From positions 89,121 through 153,120 of the forward strand of contig CANFRV010000001.1 of the NCBI GenBank assembly GCA_947449575.1: DNA of 64,000 nt, in the 5' to 3' direction. The position numbers were made by a program, and so were the translations under genes. This document shows positions 10,455 through 20,561 of this stretch, one piece after another. Under the pieces are notes generated by a model. That model did not search any database. It was given only the letters and a program-made list of their open reading frames with translations, and was not told the DNA's origin. Numbering within the stretch: the first letter of the stretch is position 1; each line of letters starts with the position of its first letter. The stretch comes from Flavobacteriales bacterium. Its GTDB lineage: Bacteria; Bacteroidota; Bacteroidia; Flavobacteriales_D; Crocinitomicaceae.

Positions 10455-11239
10455 AAGTTTTTCTTATCCGTTTTACGCCAATAAAGAATCATGATGGCTC
10501 CTGCAATTGCACCACCAACGTGGGCTAGATGAGCAACATTGTCGCCTTGTGTGCCATTAAAGCTTAGATAAAGTTCAAATAAGAAGTAGGCACCTACTAA
10601 AAACTTTGCTTTCACTGGAATGGCAAAATACAGCATGAATTCCGTATTCGGAAAAAGAATTGCAAAAGCTGCCATTACCCCGAATACAGCCCCAGAAGCA
10701 CCAACCATGGGAGTACTGCAAAAACTAATGTATTTTTGTAATAAATTAGTATCGATTACTTGTTGACCAGATAAGGTATGTAGATAATTGTTTACTTCAG
10801 TTACTATTTCCTCCATAGATTGGCTATTATTCATAATAGAATCAATTCTATTAATATCTAGAACACCAGTAAATGAATTCCTAAGTTCACTGATTTGATA
10901 CATGCCCATCGCATTATACAATGCGAAAGCGCCTAATGCCGAAATGATATACAAGACAAAATATTTTTTTGGCCCCCAAAGTCTTTCTAGATAAGATCCT
11001 AAAATTACTAAAAGGTACATATTCATGAACAAATGCATGATACTGCTACCATCGTGCATGAAAAAATGAGTAACAATTTGATAAGGTCTAAAAAGAGGGG
11101 AATTCATATAGTAAGCCCCAAGATCTCTGCCTAGATCAATATTTTGAGAACCCAATATAAATGTAACGATAGAAAGCATCACATTTATTAATAATATATT
11201 CTTTGTAACTTGAGGTATGTTATTTAAAAAAGAAAACAT
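10448..11239 (-). CDS. Rhomboid family intramembrane serine protease (second paralogue)
   Basis: GASGAVFGVMAAF, HFFMHDG..HLFMN, HVGGAIAG. 7-nt overlap with the downstream rhomboid gene. Confidence 0.8.
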   Translation of the reverse strand: MFSFLNNIPQVTKNILLINVMLSIVTFILGSQNIDLGRDLGAYYMNSPLFRPYQIVTHFFMHDGSSIMHLFMNMYLLVILGSYLERLWGPKKYFVLYIISALGAFALYNAMGMYQISELRNSFTGVLDINRIDSIMNNSQSMEEIVTEVNNYLHTLSGQQVIDTNLLQKYISFCSTPMVGASGAVFGVMAAFAILFPNTEFMLYFAIPVKAKFLVGAYFLFELYLSFNGTQGDNVAHLAHVGGAIAGAIMILYWRKTDKKNFW

Positions 11240-11240
11240 A

Positions 11241-13073
11241 TTAAAATTTATTAGTTATTTCTTCCATCGAAATGGTCTTCATAATTGTTTTTCCGTTTGG
11301 AGTGAACATATGTTCAGGGCATTGAAATAAATCTTCAATAAGAATTTCGGCAGCCTCATTATTCATCACTAGATTCTTTTTTTGCGATGAAGAGTGGGCA
11401 ATTGAATTTATTAATAGATGAGCAATATCGCCTTTTTCGATGTCTCTGAATGAAACGTTTTCTAAAATAGTATCTAAACACTCATTAATATTTTCTTCTT
11501 GAAGTACAGAAGGAACAGCAGTAATGTTCATTGTATTGCCTTGAAAATTTGTTTCGAAGCCCAATCTTGAAAGTATTTTTTCATTACTAATCCATTCATT
11601 TTTTTCCGTATTAGACACTTCTTTTTCATATGGGAAAAGAAGTTTTTGAGATGATATAGGATTGGAAATAAATAAGTTAATTAGCTTATCATAAACTATT
11701 CGTTCAACTGCTCGACGGTGATGAATTACCATTAATCCAGACTTACAAGAAGTAATTAAGTAGTTTCCTCTGACGATAAATTCTTTGATTTTATTAACCT
11801 CTCCTTCAAATTCAATTTCTTGATTCACTTCTTCTTTTGTTTCTTCTTTAATCGCATAGAAATTCATCCAATCTTGCTGATTGATTTCTTGATTTCCAAA
11901 ACCTTCCGCCTTAATCGCTTTAGAAAAACTTGGTTGTGAACTTGATTTAGAATAGGAAGTTGACGCTGTGAAAGGATTGTATTGCTGATTTACGCTTATT
12001 TTAGGTTCAACGGGTATTTGATCTTTCATCGAAAAAGGTAAATCAAAGCTAGTTTCTCTGTTGAAATCAAGTGTAGGAGCAATGTTGTATTTCCCTAAGG
12101 CTTGTCTAATACTGCTTAGAATGATAGCATAAATCAATCGATCTTCTTCAAATTTTATTTCTGTTTTTGTAGGATGTACGTTAACGTCAATTTTTTGTGG
12201 ATCAATAGTTAAGTACAAAAAATAGGAAGGAAATGTTTTTGCTTGAATTAATCCATCAAAAGCCTTTGTAATAGCGTGGTTGAAAAATGAGTCTTTAAAA
12301 AAACGATCATTTACAAATAAAAATTGTTCCCCTCTTTTTTTCTTAGCAAATTCAGGTTTCCCAACAAAACCAAGGATTTCAACAATTTCTGTCGCTTCTT
12401 CGATTGGAACCAATTTTTCATTGGAACTTTTCCCTAAAACATCAACAATTCGTTTTTTTAAGTTCGATGCAGGTAAATTATATACCTCTGTATCATTGTT
12501 TGTTAAGGTAAAAAATACTTCAGGATGTGCAAATGCAATTCTTTCAAAATCATCTAAGATATGGCGAAATTCGATACTGTCTGATTTCAAAAAATTACGT
12601 CTTGCAGGAACATTATAAAATAAGTTTTTCACTTCAAACGAGGATCCTGTAGGACAAACGATTGGCTCTTGTTTGGTTATTTTACTACCTTCAATTTGAA
12701 GTAAATTTCCTATTTGATCATCGGCTAATTTTGTTTTTAACGTCACATGTGCAATCGCAGCAATAGAAGCCAATGCCTCACCTCTAAATCCTTTGGTTGT
12801 TAGACTGAACAGATCTTCAGCTTTAGAAACTTTGCTTGTGGCGTGGCGCTCAAAACACATACGGGAGTCAAAAGTTGACATTCCTTTTCCATTGTCTATT
12901 ATTTGAATCAGTGTTTTTCCTGCATCTCGAATCACTACATCAATTTTAGTCGCACCAGCATCGATAGCATTTTCTACTATTTCTTTTAAAACAGAAGCTG
13001 GACGTTGTATAACTTCCCCTGCAGCAATTTGGTTTGCAATATGATCGGGTAATAACTTAATTACGTCACTCAT
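11241..13073 (-). CDS. mutL: DNA mismatch repair protein MutL
   Basis: GHKL ATPase N-terminus (IANQIAAGEVIQRPASVLKEIVENAIDAGA, DNGKGM, GFRGEAL). 610 aa. Confidence 0.92.
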   Translation of the reverse strand: MSDVIKLLPDHIANQIAAGEVIQRPASVLKEIVENAIDAGATKIDVVIRDAGKTLIQIIDNGKGMSTFDSRMCFERHATSKVSKAEDLFSLTTKGFRGEALASIAAIAHVTLKTKLADDQIGNLLQIEGSKITKQEPIVCPTGSSFEVKNLFYNVPARRNFLKSDSIEFRHILDDFERIAFAHPEVFFTLTNNDTEVYNLPASNLKKRIVDVLGKSSNEKLVPIEEATEIVEILGFVGKPEFAKKKRGEQFLFVNDRFFKDSFFNHAITKAFDGLIQAKTFPSYFLYLTIDPQKIDVNVHPTKTEIKFEEDRLIYAIILSSIRQALGKYNIAPTLDFNRETSFDLPFSMKDQIPVEPKISVNQQYNPFTASTSYSKSSSQPSFSKAIKAEGFGNQEINQQDWMNFYAIKEETKEEVNQEIEFEGEVNKIKEFIVRGNYLITSCKSGLMVIHHRRAVERIVYDKLINLFISNPISSQKLLFPYEKEVSNTEKNEWISNEKILSRLGFETNFQGNTMNITAVPSVLQEENINECLDTILENVSFRDIEKGDIAHLLINSIAHSSSQKKNLVMNNEAAEILIEDLFQCPEHMFTPNGKTIMKTISMEEITNKF

Positions 13074-13205
13074 TCTTTACCATTTCCATTTTAACTCAAA
13101 AGAATATTGGCACTTTATCACCAATATCATTTCACCTATTTTATTTCCTACATTTTCAAGAATCATTCCATGATTCACTTTATGACAAATCGACAGATTT
13201 TATTT

Positions 13206-14486
13206 TTAGTCGTCGCCGAGAATATTTTCATCCAAATCCAATTCTGAGCTATTTAATTCTAACGCTTTTACAGACTGAATAGCATTGCCAGCAATACCTT
13301 TTATTGAACCGTACATGTCGATTGTATTGGTAATAACTTTTTCAATTTGTTTTTCACGTTGTTTCCAAATCCTTTGCATTGAACGTTTTTCTGAATCTAA
13401 ATCAGCTTTCATTTGGGTAAACCCTTCAACGATAGCTTCAACCTGGAAACGAAATGTATTACTTGTCAGAAAATCGTAGAGTAAATGCATTTTATCTCCT
13501 TTGTTTTCTTGCGAACTAATTGAATTATTTACTTGAATAATTGACTCACGAAGCACGGTGCATAAACCTTTGAATTCTTCGTAGGTACAAATCCAAATCC
13601 CGTCCTTTAAGCCCATTCTTTCCATGCCTTTTGGCATAGCATCTGTAACTAGAACTCCTATATTGGCACTTTTTTCGCGGATATCAGATTTGAATTTTTC
13701 AATCCAATTTTGTTGAAACTCTTTTGTCCTCTTGCTTTCATAGTATATGGAACCACAGTTTTGCGAGGATCTTGTGTGAATTATTTGAATACAATCACCT
13801 CCACGTTGTCCCTTTTGAATTTCGTGAATTGTATCCAAGGGGAATTTTGCTGCTAGCCATTCTTCAATTGCTAATTCCTGCACTTCTCCTTGTAATTGCA
13901 TGGATCCTTGTTCTTGTTTTCGCTTCATTTCTTCAGTCAATCGCTTTTGATCTTCTAATTGCTTTTGCATTTCTTTGAAGCGCATCTCATTTTTATCTTC
14001 TTCTGATTTTCTAATTTTTTCTTTTTCTTCAAGTAGTTGAATATTCAATTTTACTTGAGATTCCGCCTCAACAGACTCCTTCATTTCTGCTTTTTCACGC
14101 TTTAATTTTTCAATTTCAGCCTTACTTTTACTCAAATCAATTAATTGCAAAGATTTTTCATTCAATTCCTTTTGCATTTCTTGAAATTGTTCCGCCTGTT
14201 CTTCTTGAAGTTTGGTTTTTAAACTTAGAGTAATGATTTGTTTTTCAGCTTTTAATCTAGATTCTAGTTTTTCTTGAAACAGCTCATTTTCTTGATTTTT
14301 TTTACGTTCAAAATCTATTTTTTCTTGTGCTAAAATTTCTTTTTTCTTTTCAAATTCAACTCTATGTTCCGCTAATTGTAAATTGTATTGATGTTTAATT
14401 TTGTCTTCCAGTTGGCTAGATAAAATATCATTTACATCTATAATGGTATCACAAGTAGGACATATAATTTGATTATTTGTATTCAT
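13206..14486 (-). CDS. DUF2130-like protein: N-terminal CxxC, ~200 aa coiled coil, C-terminal PD-(D/E)xK-like domain
   Basis: CPTCDT at the N-terminus, a long E/K/Q-rich heptad region, then GGDCIQI...YYESKRTKEF (D...ExK arrangement). Confidence 0.7.
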   Translation of the reverse strand: MNTNNQIICPTCDTIIDVNDILSSQLEDKIKHQYNLQLAEHRVEFEKKKEILAQEKIDFERKKNQENELFQEKLESRLKAEKQIITLSLKTKLQEEQAEQFQEMQKELNEKSLQLIDLSKSKAEIEKLKREKAEMKESVEAESQVKLNIQLLEEKEKIRKSEEDKNEMRFKEMQKQLEDQKRLTEEMKRKQEQGSMQLQGEVQELAIEEWLAAKFPLDTIHEIQKGQRGGDCIQIIHTRSSQNCGSIYYESKRTKEFQQNWIEKFKSDIREKSANIGVLVTDAMPKGMERMGLKDGIWICTYEEFKGLCTVLRESIIQVNNSISSQENKGDKMHLLYDFLTSNTFRFQVEAIVEGFTQMKADLDSEKRSMQRIWKQREKQIEKVITNTIDMYGSIKGIAGNAIQSVKALELNSSELDLDENILGDD

Positions 14487-14711
14487 AAATGTTTTGTTCT
14501 CTTTTTTTTATTCGTTTTTATTGAAAAATAGATCATTAAAAGACGGTATCATAAAAGTACGTATTATTTTACTTTTCAACATAATAAAATTGAAATTGAT
14601 TTTTGAAAAAAAAATAACATTTTAAATTAGAAAAAAAGACTTGATTTATAGCGAATTTCGACTTTCTTAGCTTAACTTCGTAATAGAAAAACTACCTTTT
14701 GTGGTGGTAAA

Positions 14712-17702
14712 ATGAAGATAGTGAGTCTCTCGAATGCGGACAGGTCACTAAAAAAAGAAACAAATTATCTACAAATGAACATTATACGTTACTCAAAGTA
14801 TTTTCTAGCTGCAGGAATGATAGTAGCTGTGGGGGTTGTTTTTTCAGCATATACTGCTGGGAAAAAGATAAAAAAGTCTGCTAAGATTGAGATTTCTTCA
14901 GAAGATGTTTGGGCTCAAAAGCAATTATCAGAAATGACACTGGAAGAGAAAGTGGGGCAATTTTTCATGGTTTCTGCTTTTTCAAATCAAGGGGAAAAAC
15001 ATTTACAAGAGGTAGAGGATTTGGTGACAAAACAAAAAATTGGAGGAGTGATCTTTTTTCAAGGAGAACGAGATAATTTAACATCTTCCATTAGTCGTTT
15101 TCAAAATGCTAGTAAAACACCACTTTTAATTGGAATGGATGCAGAATGGGGGGTTCAAATGAGAATTTTCGGAACTGAAAGGTTTCCTTATGCGTATACA
15201 ATTGGAGCGGCAAATGACTTAAATTTGTCTAAGAAAATGGGCGAAATGATGGCGCAAGAATGCCGTGAGTTAGGAATTCATATGAATTTCTCTCCAGATG
15301 CAGACGTCAATAGTAATCCTGACAATCCGGTCATTGGTTTTAGATCTTTTGGACAAAATCCTAAGCATGTTGCTTCTCATGTAAGCGCAGTGGTGAAAGG
15401 TATGGAAGAAAATGGCATTATGACAAGTATTAAGCATTTCCCGGGTCATGGCGATACGGAGTTAGATTCTCATCTTGAATTGCCAACTGTTTCCAAGTCT
15501 TTAGGTTCAATTAATTCCGTTGATTTTCTTCCTTTTAAAGAAGGAATAAAAGCGGGTGCTTCTTCTGTGATGATTGGTCATTTAAATGTACCAGCTTTGG
15601 ATAATTCTGGTTTACCGAGTAGTTTATCTAAAAGAATCATTAAGGGCGTTTTACAAGATTCTTTGGGGTATAATGGATTGGTTATCAGTGATGCGTTAAA
15701 TATGAAAGCAGTTGCTGATAAATATGGGAAAACGGAAGTTTGCGTTAAGGCTTTTGAAGCAGGTTGTGATATTTTATTATTTCCAGAAAGTGTTAGTGAA
15801 GCCATTTCTGCCATTTCTGCAAAAGTAAGAGAAGGAAAAATTACACAGATAGAATTGGATCAGCGCTGTTTAAAAGTTTTAAAAGCAAAGTATAAATTTA
15901 TCATAAAGCCTTCAGAATTCAAATCATACACAGAGGGGGAAATTGATTGGGCTAAAAAAGAGGTATACGAAAAAGCGATTACTGTTCTTAAAAATGATAA
16001 AAATTTATTACCATTCAATACGTTAGATAGAAAAATTGCTAGAATCAGTATAGGTGCTCATGCAGATCCATTTGGAGAGGGAATTGAACGATTTTCAAAG
16101 ATAGACCACTTCCATTTTTATACAGTTGAAGAAGCCAACGAAATGTTAGGAGATAAGTTGAAATCGTATGATGTCATTATCACTGCTCTGCATGCAAGTT
16201 CAGTTCGACCTAAAAATGACTTTGGGATGCCAAAAGAGTGGCGAAGTTGGATATTAAATTTACCTAAGAATAAAGATAATGTATTGATTTTATTTGGAAA
16301 TCCTTTGGCACTGAAAGAAAATTGCGAATTAAAGCATTTTAAGTCTGTTGTTCTTGGATATGAGAATAATCACATTGCTTTAGAGAGAATGTCACAATTT
16401 CTTTTTGGTGCGATTTCAGCAACTGGTAGGCTTCCTTTTACAATTTCAGATGAATATCCGTGTGAATTTGGGAAAACAGTTGAAAGTAATGGTAGACTAA
16501 AATATTCTCAACCTGAAGAATTGGGAATTGATCCAAATAAATTGAAAGAAATAGATCAAATCGTTAAAAGTTCGATTGCTGCAGGGGCATTTCCTGGTTG
16601 TCAAATCGTTTTTTCTGTTCAAGGAAAAATTATTTATCAGAGAAGCTTTGGAACTCAAAGATATGAAGACAAAATTCCAGTTAAAAATATAGATGTATAT
16701 GATATTGCTTCTATCACCAAAATTGCAGGATCCACGTTAGCTCTCATGAAATTGCAATCTGAAGGAAAATTTTCAGTCAATAAACGTTTGAAGGATTATA
16801 TACCTGAAGTCACTGGTGGATCTGAATTTGGAAACATCTTAATCAAAGATATGATGACGCATCAAGCAGGTCTAACCGCTTGGATTCCATTTTATAAAAA
16901 AACATTGGTAAATGGTGAACTGAATCCTAAAATTTATTCCAAAGAAAAGAAAGCAGGTTTTGAGAAGCAGGTTGCTAAAGATCTTTGGATCAAAAATTCT
17001 TACACAGATACAATTTACCAACGTATTTTATCTTCGGATTTGGGTGTGAAAAAGTATGAATATTCTGATTTAGGGTATTATTTTGTTAAAAAAATTATAG
17101 AAAAGCTAACGTCTCAAAGCATCAACGAATATGTTACAGCGGCTATTTATGAGCCAATGGGTTTACAATTTTTACGTTATAAACCTTTAAATTATTTTCC
17201 TCTTTCTCAAATTGTGCCCACAGAAAATGACAAAGCATTTCGTAAGCAATTAATTCATGGATATGTGCATGATCCAGGTGCTGCAATGCTAGGTGGTGTT
17301 GGAGGTCATGCAGGATTATTTTCAAATGCCACCGATTTATCATCCATTATGCAATTGTTTTTAAACAAGGGGATGTATGGAAATGTTTCATACTTAGATA
17401 AAGCAGTTGTTGAGGAATATACTCGATGCCAGTTTGGTCCTGAAAATAGAAGAGGAATAGGTTTTGACCGACCTAAGAACTCAGGTGGTGGAACATGTCA
17501 TGAATTAGCATCTCAATCTAGTTATGGACATTCAGGATTTACAGGAACATTGGTTTGGGCTGATCCAAAATATCAAATCAATTATGTTTTTCTCTCAAAT
17601 AGAGTTTATCAGGATCAAGAAAATTGGAAGATACGCGATATGAATATTCGAACAAATATCCAAAAGGTGATTTATGAGGCTGTCATGTCAGCAAAAAAAT
17701 GA
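14712..17702 (+). CDS. Fusion protein: glycoside hydrolase family 3 (NagZ-like) N-terminal domain + serine beta-lactamase/PBP-fold C-terminal domain
   Basis: GH3 motifs (KHFPGHGDT, ISDALNM). Class-C-like motifs (ASITK = SxxK, YSD, HSGFTG). TM/signal anchor near the N-terminus. An alternative start is the Met at 14775. Confidence 0.85.
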   Translation: MKIVSLSNADRSLKKETNYLQMNIIRYSKYFLAAGMIVAVGVVFSAYTAGKKIKKSAKIEISSEDVWAQKQLSEMTLEEKVGQFFMVSAFSNQGEKHLQEVEDLVTKQKIGGVIFFQGERDNLTSSISRFQNASKTPLLIGMDAEWGVQMRIFGTERFPYAYTIGAANDLNLSKKMGEMMAQECRELGIHMNFSPDADVNSNPDNPVIGFRSFGQNPKHVASHVSAVVKGMEENGIMTSIKHFPGHGDTELDSHLELPTVSKSLGSINSVDFLPFKEGIKAGASSVMIGHLNVPALDNSGLPSSLSKRIIKGVLQDSLGYNGLVISDALNMKAVADKYGKTEVCVKAFEAGCDILLFPESVSEAISAISAKVREGKITQIELDQRCLKVLKAKYKFIIKPSEFKSYTEGEIDWAKKEVYEKAITVLKNDKNLLPFNTLDRKIARISIGAHADPFGEGIERFSKIDHFHFYTVEEANEMLGDKLKSYDVIITALHASSVRPKNDFGMPKEWRSWILNLPKNKDNVLILFGNPLALKENCELKHFKSVVLGYENNHIALERMSQFLFGAISATGRLPFTISDEYPCEFGKTVESNGRLKYSQPEELGIDPNKLKEIDQIVKSSIAAGAFPGCQIVFSVQGKIIYQRSFGTQRYEDKIPVKNIDVYDIASITKIAGSTLALMKLQSEGKFSVNKRLKDYIPEVTGGSEFGNILIKDMMTHQAGLTAWIPFYKKTLVNGELNPKIYSKEKKAGFEKQVAKDLWIKNSYTDTIYQRILSSDLGVKKYEYSDLGYYFVKKIIEKLTSQSINEYVTAAIYEPMGLQFLRYKPLNYFPLSQIVPTENDKAFRKQLIHGYVHDPGAAMLGGVGGHAGLFSNATDLSSIMQLFLNKGMYGNVSYLDKAVVEEYTRCQFGPENRRGIGFDRPKNSGGGTCHELASQSSYGHSGFTGTLVWADPKYQINYVFLSNRVYQDQENWKIRDMNIRTNIQKVIYEAVMSAKK

Positions 17703-17757
17703 TAGTTAGGAAGCGATTCCCGCGAGTAAATGACCGTATGATAATTATAATATAAGA

Positions 17758-18879
17758 ATGAAAATAGGAATTGTTTTATATCCAACATTTGGAGGAAGCG
17801 GAGTAGTCGCAACAGAATTAGGTAAGGCATTAGCTAAAAAAGGACATGAGATTCATTTTATCACCTATTCTCAACCTGTTCGTTTAGGTAGTTTTAGAGA
17901 AAATATTTATTATCATGAAGTGACAATAAGTGATTATCCACTGTTTGATTATCAACCGTATGAAACGATCTTAGCCAGTAAAATGGTAGACGTTGTAAAA
18001 TATGAAAATTTAGATATTTTACATGTTCATTATGCAATTCCTCATGCTTCTGCAGCATTTATGGCGCAACAAATACTTAAATCACAAGGTATTTCAATTC
18101 CATTTGTTACAACACTGCATGGTACAGATATTACCCTAGTTGGAAAAGACCCATCATTTGAACCGGTAATTACCTTTTGTATTAATCAGTCCGATGCTGT
18201 CACAGCTGTTTCTCAAAGTTTAAAAGAAGATACTTTTCTTCATTTTAATACAAAAAGAGAGATAAAAGTTGTTCCCAATTTTATTAAATCACATGATACG
18301 ATTAAAGAAATTGATTACACGAAACGCAGACATTATGCAAAAGATGATGAGCGTATTTTGTGTCACATTTCAAATTTCAGGAAGGTTAAAAGGGTGGAAG
18401 ATGTATTGAATGTGTTCGCTTTGGTGAACCAGCAGATTCCTTCCAAAATGATTTTTGCAGGTGATGGACCAGAAAGAAATAATTTGGAACGATTATCTCG
18501 TGATCTAGGTTTGTGTGGGCGAGTTGTTTTTATAGGGAATGTGAGTGATACTTCTCATGTACTTGAAATGTCGGATCTATTCTTATTACCTTCTGAAACA
18601 GAGAGTTTTGGGCTTGCCGCTTTAGAAGCTTTGGCAGTTGGTGTACCTGTTATATCTTCTGATACAGGAGGAATTCCTGAAGTTAATGCACATGGAGTCA
18701 CTGGTTATTTGTCAGCTGTTGGGGACGTAGAAGATATGGCTAAAAATGCGATTCAATTATTACAGAACGAAGAAAAGTTTCAATTATTTAAGCAAAATGC
18801 TTTAAATCGAGCGAAAGTGTACAGTTTGGAAAATGTCCTTCCTTTGTATGAAGAGATTTATGAAAATTTAGTGAAGTAA
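17758..18879 (+). CDS. bshA: N-acetyl-alpha-D-glucosaminyl L-malate synthase (GT4 glycosyltransferase, bacillithiol biosynthesis)
   Basis: The N-terminus MKIGIVLYPTFGGSGVVATELGKALAKKGHEIHFI and the C-terminal ESFGLAALEA...GGIPEV are typical of BshA-type GT4 enzymes. Confidence 0.78.
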   Translation: MKIGIVLYPTFGGSGVVATELGKALAKKGHEIHFITYSQPVRLGSFRENIYYHEVTISDYPLFDYQPYETILASKMVDVVKYENLDILHVHYAIPHASAAFMAQQILKSQGISIPFVTTLHGTDITLVGKDPSFEPVITFCINQSDAVTAVSQSLKEDTFLHFNTKREIKVVPNFIKSHDTIKEIDYTKRRHYAKDDERILCHISNFRKVKRVEDVLNVFALVNQQIPSKMIFAGDGPERNNLERLSRDLGLCGRVVFIGNVSDTSHVLEMSDLFLLPSETESFGLAALEALAVGVPVISSDTGGIPEVNAHGVTGYLSAVGDVEDMAKNAIQLLQNEEKFQLFKQNALNRAKVYSLENVLPLYEEIYENLVK

Positions 18880-19210
18880 GATTTTAAAGGGGGTATTAAT
18901 TAAACGTGAAATATTGTCGTTGTATTTTCTTGATTTCGCTCGCTAAACCTAATAAAATACGTCTAAATCTTTCAAATTTAATTAAAATCTGATTCTAAAA
19001 TATCAGTCCAACTCAGGTTATTAGTTTAAATCATAGAGACTAACGAAGTGATTTCGAAATTAAATGAAAAACCTATTTAAGCTTGACTTTTAAAAACCCA
19101 AGTCACTTCGTAAAATCTCTTGATAAATACTACTATTTCTCTAAAATATTCAGTCCTGTATGATTATTTGTCAGATGATCTGATTACAAATAATGAATAA
19201 ACGTATGTTT

Positions 19211-20389
19211 TTAAATATTTTCGATAATCATGGCTGATGCGCCGCCGCCTCCATTGCAAATTGCAGCTCCGCCAATTTTACCATTGTTTTGCTTCAAAAC
19301 ATTGATTAATGTAACAATTACTCGTGAGCCAGAATTTCCAAGTGGGTGACCCAAAGCAACTGCTCCACCATTCACATCTACTTTTGACGGATTCAATCCA
19401 AGTATTTTTGTATTTGCTAAACCAACCACAGCGAAAGCTTGATTTAATTCCCAATAATCTACATTATCGGTTGTCATTCCAACTTTAGCTAGTGCTTTTG
19501 GGATTGCTAATGAAGGCGCAGTTGTGAACCATTCTGGCGCTTGTGCAGCGTCGGCATAACTTATTATTTTTGCAATTGGTTTTAAACCATGTTTTTCTAC
19601 TGCTTCTTTGGAAGCTAATATCAATGCAGAAGCGCCATCATTTAATGTAGAAGCATTTGCTGCAGTAATCGTCCCCTCCTTTTCAAAGGCTGGTCGTAAC
19701 GAAGGTATTTTATCTAAAAATACATTTTTATATTCTTCGTCTTCAGAAATGATGATGGGATCTCCTTTTCTTTGCGGAACAGGCACTGGAATGATTTCAT
19801 TGGTGAATTTACCATCTTTCCATGCTTCAGCAGAACGTGTGTATGAAGTTATTGCAAAATTATCTTGATCTTCACGTGTGAAACCATATTCTTTTGCACA
19901 CAATTCAGCACAATTCCCCATAGGAACTTTACTGTAGACATCTAATAAGCCATCTTTCGTTATACCGTCCAACATTCCGATATTTCCAAATTTTGTTCCT
20001 TGGCGTCCATCGAAATAATGGGGTACTTGAGACATGTTTTCCATTCCACCAACAACAACTATTTCATTGTCACCTGCGATTATTGATTGAGCACCAAACA
20101 TAATTGCTTTCATTCCAGATGCACATACTTTATTTACTGTGGTACAAGGTACATTATTTCCTAATCCAGCTCCGAGAGATGCTTGCTTTGCTGGTGCTTG
20201 ACCAACGCCTGCTTGTAATACATTTCCCATGAATACTTCATCAATAAGTTCTGCTTTTACACCACTTTTATCTAGTGCACCTTTAATCGCTATTGCACCT
20301 AATGTGGTTGCCGGAACTTTAGATAACCCACCTAAGAAAGCTCCAATCGGAGTTCTAACAGCTGCTATGATAAATACTTCTTTTGTCAT
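19211..20389 (-). CDS. Acetyl-CoA C-acetyltransferase (thiolase II)
   Basis: Active-site VNKVCASGMKA, GHPLGNSGSR, and C-terminal CNGGGGASAMIIE. Confidence 0.9.
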   Translation of the reverse strand: MTKEVFIIAAVRTPIGAFLGGLSKVPATTLGAIAIKGALDKSGVKAELIDEVFMGNVLQAGVGQAPAKQASLGAGLGNNVPCTTVNKVCASGMKAIMFGAQSIIAGDNEIVVVGGMENMSQVPHYFDGRQGTKFGNIGMLDGITKDGLLDVYSKVPMGNCAELCAKEYGFTREDQDNFAITSYTRSAEAWKDGKFTNEIIPVPVPQRKGDPIIISEDEEYKNVFLDKIPSLRPAFEKEGTITAANASTLNDGASALILASKEAVEKHGLKPIAKIISYADAAQAPEWFTTAPSLAIPKALAKVGMTTDNVDYWELNQAFAVVGLANTKILGLNPSKVDVNGGAVALGHPLGNSGSRVIVTLINVLKQNNGKIGGAAICNGGGGASAMIIENI

Positions 20390-20532
20390 TTTTTGAGTAA
20401 TTTAATCTATTATTTGGATATAAAAGTAACAATAATCAAACTTTAAATAACTATTGTTTAGCTTAAATTAACAAAGTACATTTTTAGGACAAAATTAGGT
20501 GATTTTTATCTTCGCTCTACAACTTTTTAACC

Positions 20533-20558
20533 AAAAAAGCCACCCTAAGAGTGGCTTT
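20533..20558 (-). terminator. Intrinsic terminator downstream of tRNA-Lys
   Basis: On the - strand: AAAGCCAC-TCTTAGG-GTGGCTTTTTT, starting 4 nt after the tRNA 3' end. Confidence 0.55.
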
Positions 20559-20561
20559 CAG

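Noticed and set aside
17929-17941. DnaA-box-like TTATCCACT inside bshA
   Set aside because: It is a single imperfect box inside a coding region with no cluster, so it is not an origin.
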